DNA from: a bacterium
Lineage (GTDB): Bacteria > Sysuimicrobiota > Sysuimicrobiia > Sysuimicrobiales > Humicultoraceae
Assembly (NCBI GenBank): GCA_041497675.1
Contig: JBGQGY010000114.1
Location: forward strand, 1-11,657
Direction of reading: 5' to 3'
Length of the DNA: 11,657 bases
Shown here piece after piece: positions 7,493 to 11,657 of the stretch (positions are counted from its first letter, which is position 1; each line of letters starts with the position of its first letter). A program made the position numbers and the translations under genes. The notes under the pieces were generated by a model. The model saw only the letters and a list, made by a program, of their open reading frames with translations, did not search any database and had not been told where the DNA came from.

Positions 7493-8773
7493 ATGAATCA
7501 CGTCACCGGGTTTGCGTGTCTGCGGTGCGGCCGGTTCTATACGGAGAAGAAGATGTTCAAGGGGTGCCCCGACTGCGCGAAGCGGGGCAAACCAAGCAAC
7601 GTGAGCGTGCAGTACGACTACGACGCGCTGCGCAAGGCCTTCAGCGTGAAAAAGCTCGAAGGCCGACCCGCGACCATGTGGCGCTACCGGGAACTGCTGC
7701 CGCCCGATGAAGACGATATCGTCACCCTCGGCGAAGGGCTGACGCCCCTGCTCCCGGTCCAACGCCTCGGCGCGCGCGTGGGGCTGCCCCGGCTCTACGT
7801 GAAGGACGAATCTCGCAACGCCACCTGGTCGTTCAAGGACCGCATGTGCAGCTCCGCCGTGTCGGTGGCCAACGAGTTCGGCGCCGGCGTGATCACCACA
7901 TCGTCCTCGGGGAACGCGGGCGCAGCCACCGCCGCCTACGCCGCACGCGCCGGGAAGGAGTGCGTGATTTTCACGCTCCAGCGGTTCCCCATTGCCATGA
8001 AAGTGGGGATGGCCGTCTACGGCACCCGCCTGATCGCCTGCCCGACGCTCCTGGACCGTTGGCGGATGGTCGAGAAGTGTGTGGACGAATACGGCTGGTA
8101 CCCGACGGCGGGATTCACGTGGCCGCTGATCGGGAGCAATCCGTACGGCATCGACGGCTACAAGACCGTCGCCTACGAGATCTGCGAGCAGATGGGCTGG
8201 AAGGCGCCGGATGTCGTCGTGGTCCCGGTCGGCGCCGGCGATGCCTTTTTCGGCGCGTGGAAGGGCTTCAACGAGCTGCGCGACTTCGGCATCATCGACA
8301 CCGTGCCGCGCATGGTGGCGGCCGAAGTCCTGGGGCCGATCGAAAACGCCATCCGCAAGGGCCTCGACTACGTCGAAGAGGTGCCCTACCGGCAGAGCGT
8401 TGGCATTTCGGTGGGCATGTACATCAGCACCTACCAGGCGCTCAAGACGGTGGTGGACAGCCGGGGCGCCGCGCGCAGCGCATCGGATGATGAAATGTTG
8501 GAGATGCAGCACGCGCTGGCCGCGTCAGAAGGCATCTATGTCGAATGCTCGTCCGCGCTGTCGGTGGCGGTGGCGGCCAAGCTCACCGCCGAGGGTGTGA
8601 TCCGCGAGAGCGAGACCGTCGTGTGTTTCCTGACCTCCAGCGGTCTGAAGGACCCCGAAACGAGCCTGCGGTATCTGCCCGACATCCCACTGATCGAGCC
8701 GAACCTGGACTCCCTGCGGGACGCCCTTGAAAAGACGTACGGCACGCAGATCAAGATGCCGGCGCGAGTCTAA
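7493..8773 (+). CDS. PLP-dependent fold-type II enzyme, threonine synthase-like, with N-terminal Zn-ribbon (426 aa; alternative GTG start 7484)
   Basis: SD-like GAGGTG at 7481-7486 before ATG 7493. CLRC...CPDC, MWRYRELLP, TLGEG.TPL, PLP-lysine motif KDESRNATWSFKDR (Lys at 7835-7837), SSGNAG, GYKTVAYEI.EQ..W..PD, EGIYVE.SSA, LTSSGLKD. Substrate residues deviate from true ThrC, so no symbol is given. Confidence 0.88.
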   Translation: MNHVTGFACLRCGRFYTEKKMFKGCPDCAKRGKPSNVSVQYDYDALRKAFSVKKLEGRPATMWRYRELLPPDEDDIVTLGEGLTPLLPVQRLGARVGLPRLYVKDESRNATWSFKDRMCSSAVSVANEFGAGVITTSSSGNAGAATAAYAARAGKECVIFTLQRFPIAMKVGMAVYGTRLIACPTLLDRWRMVEKCVDEYGWYPTAGFTWPLIGSNPYGIDGYKTVAYEICEQMGWKAPDVVVVPVGAGDAFFGAWKGFNELRDFGIIDTVPRMVAAEVLGPIENAIRKGLDYVEEVPYRQSVGISVGMYISTYQALKTVVDSRGAARSASDDEMLEMQHALAASEGIYVECSSALSVAVAAKLTAEGVIRESETVVCFLTSSGLKDPETSLRYLPDIPLIEPNLDSLRDALEKTYGTQIKMPARV

Positions 8774-8790
8774 CCGCGGGGAGGCATAGA

Positions 8791-9801
8791 ATGCTTTTTA
8801 GCGTGGCGATACCCACCTGCGTAGAAGGGTTGATCTATCCGGTTCCCTACGTCACGCCTGAAAAACTGATCGAGGTTGGCGTGGCCGCCGAGCGGCTCGG
8901 ATATCACTCCGTATGGGGGAACGATCACCTCCACACCCAGAACTACGTGTGGGACGAGTGGCACGCGGTGCCCAACTACTACGAGCCGCTCATCTCTCTG
9001 GCGGCGCTGGCCGGCCACACGAAGCAGATCAAGCTCGGTACCTCGGTGATCGTGATGCCGATGCGCGAGCCGTCGCTGCTCGCAAAGCAGGCTGCCACCC
9101 TCGACCAGCTGAGCGGCGGCCGGCTGCTGCTCGGGATCGGCGTCGGCGCCTACCGCGAGGAGTTCGAGGCCGTGCGGCCCAGGGCGCCTCGCAGCACCAA
9201 CCGCGGCGACATGGTGGATGAAGGCATTCGAGCGATTCAAGAACTGTTCACCAAGGAGACGGCGTCGTTCACGGGCCGGTACTATGCCTTCGAAGGCGTC
9301 AAGATGGGTCCCAAGCCCAAGCAAAACCCGTTGCCGATCTACAGCGGTGGCAACAGCGATGCCGGTGCGGCGCGGGCCGGCCGCTACGCGCAAGGCTGGC
9401 TGCCGGCGGTGCTGCCCATCGACGTCCTCAAGCGGAAGATCGGCATCCTGCGGGATGCGGCGGCAGCCGTCGGCCGATCCATTGCGGGAATCGACATCGC
9501 CCCGCAGATGTCGGTGAGTCTGGGCAAGACATCTGAGGAGGCCGTACGCCGGTTCCGCGACAGCCAGGTCTATCAGCACATGCTGTCACTCAAGCGGTCC
9601 ACCCTGAAGGATCTTGACCTCACGCAGGTCGAGCGCATGAACCTCGTGGGGACGCCCGCCCAAGTGACGGAGCAGATCGCGGCCTATCGTGACGCTGGGG
9701 TCACGCACTGCTGCGCGTTGATTTTCCCGGCCAACACGATCGAGGAGACCATCGACCAGATGGACTGGTTCGCCCGCGACGTGATGCGCCGCTTTCACTA
9801 G
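8791..9801 (+). CDS. LLM-class (luciferase-like) flavin/F420-dependent oxidoreductase, resembling the Rv2161c-like group (336 aa)
   Basis: SD GGGGAGG at 8778-8784. AERLGYHSVWGNDH, EPLISLAALAGHT..IKLGTSV.V.P.R.P..LAKQAATLDQLSGGRLLLGIGVG, F.G.YY.F, PKP.Q.P.PI..GGNS..A..RA..YA.GW.P, VGTP..V.EQI..Y..AGV. Confidence 0.92.
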   Translation: MLFSVAIPTCVEGLIYPVPYVTPEKLIEVGVAAERLGYHSVWGNDHLHTQNYVWDEWHAVPNYYEPLISLAALAGHTKQIKLGTSVIVMPMREPSLLAKQAATLDQLSGGRLLLGIGVGAYREEFEAVRPRAPRSTNRGDMVDEGIRAIQELFTKETASFTGRYYAFEGVKMGPKPKQNPLPIYSGGNSDAGAARAGRYAQGWLPAVLPIDVLKRKIGILRDAAAAVGRSIAGIDIAPQMSVSLGKTSEEAVRRFRDSQVYQHMLSLKRSTLKDLDLTQVERMNLVGTPAQVTEQIAAYRDAGVTHCCALIFPANTIEETIDQMDWFARDVMRRFH

Positions 9802-9807
9802 AGGCGC

Positions 9808-10836
9808 TCAACCGACCAGCCGGCGCACGCGGGGCATGACGTCGTCTATGAAGCTGCGCATGATCGGATCCACCGGTTGGCCGCGCGGTGGATGTGGCAG
9901 GATGCAGATCTCGGGGATGCCCAGGCTCACAACCGCAGCCACCTGGCGCGCGACTTCGTCGGGCGTCCCGGCCCAGGTGAAGGCGTCAACGAACTCTTCG
10001 GGCACAAGATGCCCGGACCCGAGGGCCCGGGTTTCGTTCTTCGCCTTCATAACGTCCAACAGTTCGTCCGGCACACACAACCCAGAGTGCCGGACGAACT
10101 GTTGATCTGGGTAACTGCCCATCAACAGCATCGCGATCATCGGCTTGACCGCGTCGCGCGCCTCTTTGCTGCTCGGCCCGACCGACACGTCGATCCGGGT
10201 TATCAGCGTCAGGTCCTTCAGGGTGCGCCCGGCGGCCCTGGCGCCCTTTTCGATCAGCCCCAACGCGTGCTGCACGCCCGGCGGCGTCGCGTACGTCGCG
10301 ATCATCACGCCATCCGCGACCCGTCCGGCGAGCTGGTACATGCGGTCGCCGCGCGTCGCGATCCAGATCGGCAGGTCGCGCCGCACCGGAAACTGCAGAC
10401 GCGCCTCGTGTGTCGTGAACACCTCGCCCTTGAAGGTGACCGTTTCGCCGTGGAAGAGGCGCCGGATGATCGCGATGCCCTCTTCCATCGTGCGCAATGG
10501 ACGGGTACGCTCCAGCCCGACCTCTTTGAAATTGGCCCCACCGGTGCCCAGCGTCAGGATGATGCGGCCGCCACTCAACTCATCAGCCGTGGCCACGGCC
10601 GCGGCGACGAGCGCCGGGTGAAGCGAGTACAGGTCGGCGATAAACGTCCCAACCTGCGCCCGCTGCGTGGCGATCGCGGCGGCGGTCAGCGTGACGTACA
10701 GGTCGCGGTGGAGCTTGTGGTTGGCGCACCAGACGTGATCGTATCCCCACGCCTCGGCCTGGCGGCACAAATCGACAAATCGGGGCATCGTTTCAAAGAA
10801 CCATATCCCAACGCCGACTCGAAGCTGCATGGCCAT
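9808..10836 (-). CDS. LLM-class oxidoreductase, Mer (methylene-H4MPT reductase)-like, probably F420-dependent (about 342 aa; alternative ATG at 10830)
   Basis: The LLM domain begins at MAMQLRVGV (ATG 10836), not at 11181. AEAWGYDHVW, HPALVAAAVATADELSGGRIILTLGTG, PL..MEE...IIR.L..GETV.F.GE.F, PIWIATRG.RM..LAG.VADGV, F..AGTPDEV. Confidence 0.88.
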   Translation of the reverse strand: MAMQLRVGVGIWFFETMPRFVDLCRQAEAWGYDHVWCANHKLHRDLYVTLTAAAIATQRAQVGTFIADLYSLHPALVAAAVATADELSGGRIILTLGTGGANFKEVGLERTRPLRTMEEGIAIIRRLFHGETVTFKGEVFTTHEARLQFPVRRDLPIWIATRGDRMYQLAGRVADGVMIATYATPPGVQHALGLIEKGARAAGRTLKDLTLITRIDVSVGPSSKEARDAVKPMIAMLLMGSYPDQQFVRHSGLCVPDELLDVMKAKNETRALGSGHLVPEEFVDAFTWAGTPDEVARQVAAVVSLGIPEICILPHPPRGQPVDPIMRSFIDDVMPRVRRLVG

Positions 10837-10852
10837 GAGTTTCTGTGGATGC

Positions 10853-11287
10853 CTAGGCCTCCCTGCCCGGACTCCACAAGCGCACATGCGTTGGTGTGAC
10901 CCGTATGAGCGGCCTGCGTTCCAAATCCATCGTCCGGTACTGCGGGTAGCGATCGCGCAGCGCGACCAGTGCCGCCGCCCGCTCCGCCACCGCCTCGACA
11001 AAAGACGCCGTGCCTCGAACCTGGAGCCAGGCCAAGCGGGTCCAGTCCTCCTCGTAGTGATCCCAGACCAGACAGACCTGTGGGTGCGCCAGGATGTTGC
11101 GGACACGGCGCAGCGACGTCGCCGCGACCCGCTTCGGCTTCTCGTCGATCGGCGTGTAGATCGCGCCCCGCACGGCCGCATAGCACACGGGGATCACGTG
11201 TGGCCGGCCTCCCTCATCGACCGTCGCCAAGCGCGCCACGCGCAGGCGCTCAATGAAGAGCACGTGCCGCGGTGTCAGTGTGGTCAT
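10853..11287 (-). CDS. Pyridoxamine 5'-phosphate oxidase-like (split beta-barrel) protein, Rv0121 family, probable F420-dependent enzyme (144 aa; alternative GTG at 11290)
   Basis: SD GGAGGT on the - strand (11299-11294). RVARLATVD..G.PH.IPVC.A, IYTPIDEKPK....LRR.RNI...PQV....DHY.EDW..L.W..VRG.A and L..RYPQY match the Rv0121-type PPOX subfamily as I recall it. Confidence 0.88.
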   Translation of the reverse strand: MTTLTPRHVLFIERLRVARLATVDEGGRPHVIPVCYAAVRGAIYTPIDEKPKRVAATSLRRVRNILAHPQVCLVWDHYEEDWTRLAWLQVRGTASFVEAVAERAAALVALRDRYPQYRTMDLERRPLIRVTPTHVRLWSPGREA

Positions 11288-11293
11288 CACCGT

Positions 11294-11309
11294 ACCTCCG
11301 ACAGGAGGT
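11294..11309. promoter_or_regulatory. Perfect 6-bp hairpin ACCTCC-GACA-GGAGGT containing the SD of the PPOX gene
   Basis: ACCTCC (11294-11299) and GGAGGT (11304-11309) are exact reverse complements with a 4-nt loop. On the - strand mRNA this reads ACCUCC-UGUC-GGAGGU-ACG-GUG-AUG. Confidence 0.55.
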
Positions 11310-11326
11310 TTTCCATCCCGACGCCA

Positions 11327-11332
11327 AGCATA
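11327..11332 (-). promoter_or_regulatory. Candidate -10 element (TATGCT) for the leftward PPOX-LLM transcript
   Basis: The - strand reads GCGG-TATGCT-TGGCG, matching TAnnnT, about 40 nt upstream of the PPOX start. No convincing -35 hexamer is seen. Confidence 0.3.
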
Positions 11333-11336
11333 CCGC

Positions 11337-11657
11337 ATGCTCGACGTCGTGACGTTTGGCGAAGCGATGATCCGCCTCTCGGTGCCTGCGGGTCAGGCCC
11401 TCGAGGCCGCGGCGCACTTCGACGTCCATGTGGCCGGCGCCGAGGCGAATGTCGCGGTGACGCTTGCGCGGCTGGGCTTCCGCGCCGGGTGGGTGTCCAA
11501 ACTGGTCGACAATCCGCTCGGCCGCCGGGTGGCCGGCGAACTCCGGCGTCACGGCGTCGACGTCTCGGCGGTGGTCTGGACGCCGAAGGGCCGGACCGGT
11601 CTCTACTTCGTTGAACATGCGCCCCCACCGCGCGGCGTCACGGTGCACTACGACCGG
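11337..11657 (+). CDS. kdgK: PfkB-family sugar kinase, 2-keto-3-deoxygluconate kinase-like; N-terminal 107 aa, runs off the window
   Basis: Not in the ORF track. From ATG 11337: MLDVVTFGEAMIRLSVPAGQALEAAAHFDVHVAGAEANVAVTLARLGFRAGWVSKLVDNPLGRRVAGELRRHGVDVSAVVWTPKGRTGLYFVEHAPPPRGVTVHYDR. DVVTFGE, AGAEANVA..LARLG, RTGLYF.E and V.YDR are typical of KdgK-type PfkB kinases. The family is secure; the exact substrate is less so. Confidence 0.8.
   Translation, partial: MLDVVTFGEAMIRLSVPAGQALEAAAHFDVHVAGAEANVAVTLARLGFRAGWVSKLVDNPLGRRVAGELRRHGVDVSAVVWTPKGRTGLYFVEHAPPPRGVTVHYDR

Noticed and set aside
7493..8773. Calling the PLP enzyme thrC, the M24 protein pepP/pepQ, or the LLM/hydrolase pair rutA/rutB
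   Set aside because: Key substrate residues differ and the expected pathway partners are absent from the window, so only family-level calls are supportable.
37..9798. Long antisense ORFs in the track (for example 37-1146, 1040-2188, 3527-4897, 5505-6353, 7469-8512, 8770-9579 on -)
   Set aside because: Each lies opposite a well-supported gene, translates to Arg/Pro/Gly/His-rich sequence with no recognisable motif, and is the expected shadow of high-GC codon usage.
172..10858. Short palindromes (CCTGCAGG 172-179, GGTCGACC 187-194, GCCTAGGC 10851-10858) and CCG directly after several stop codons (1751, 6258, 8774)
   Set aside because: Too short to exceed chance in GC-rich DNA, with no U-tracts or shared longer consensus.
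10837..11181. 115-codon N-terminal extension of the leftward LLM overlapping the PPOX gene in another frame (possible frameshift fusion)
   Set aside because: The extension is Arg/Ser/Trp-rich off-frame sequence, the PPOX gene is complete with its own stop, and I see no slippery site. Open alternative frames are common at this GC content.
9836..11614. + strand ORFs 9877-10899, 10145-10621, 10829-11614, 10969-11256
   Set aside because: Antisense shadows of the LLM and PPOX genes or off-frame overlaps with the kinase; no motifs.
1..11657. tRNA/rRNA, CRISPR arrays, IS elements, integrases, defence systems
   Set aside because: The largest intergenic gaps are 54 and 49 bp, and no repeat arrays or transposase, integrase or nuclease motifs were seen.

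Overview
GC-rich bacterial DNA that is almost entirely coding, with no RNA genes, mobile elements, CRISPR arrays or long repeats visible. The window opens with the 3' end of an amidase-signature gene (1-171, missed by the ORF track). A tightly packed + strand operon of 10 genes follows (226-9801): IclR regulator, RutB-like cysteine hydrolase, a complete HAAT/Liv-type ABC importer (livH, livM, livG, livF, binding protein), an M24 'peptidase', a PLP-dependent threonine-synthase-like enzyme and a luciferase-like (LLM) oxidoreductase. Converging on it from the - strand are a Rv0121-type PPOX-fold protein and a Mer-like LLM oxidoreductase, both probably F420-dependent. A divergent PfkB/KdgK-like sugar kinase runs off the right edge (also missed by the ORF track). 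The strongest signal is that the M24 and ThrC-like proteins keep their fold and cofactor-binding residues but appear to have lost the residues that define their textbook substrates. With a dedicated regulator, importer, amidohydrolase and oxidoreductases alongside, this looks like a catabolic pathway for an unidentified nitrogenous compound (modified amino acid, amide or N-heterocycle) that I cannot match to any pathway I know. All family calls come from motif recognition by eye, not database searches.
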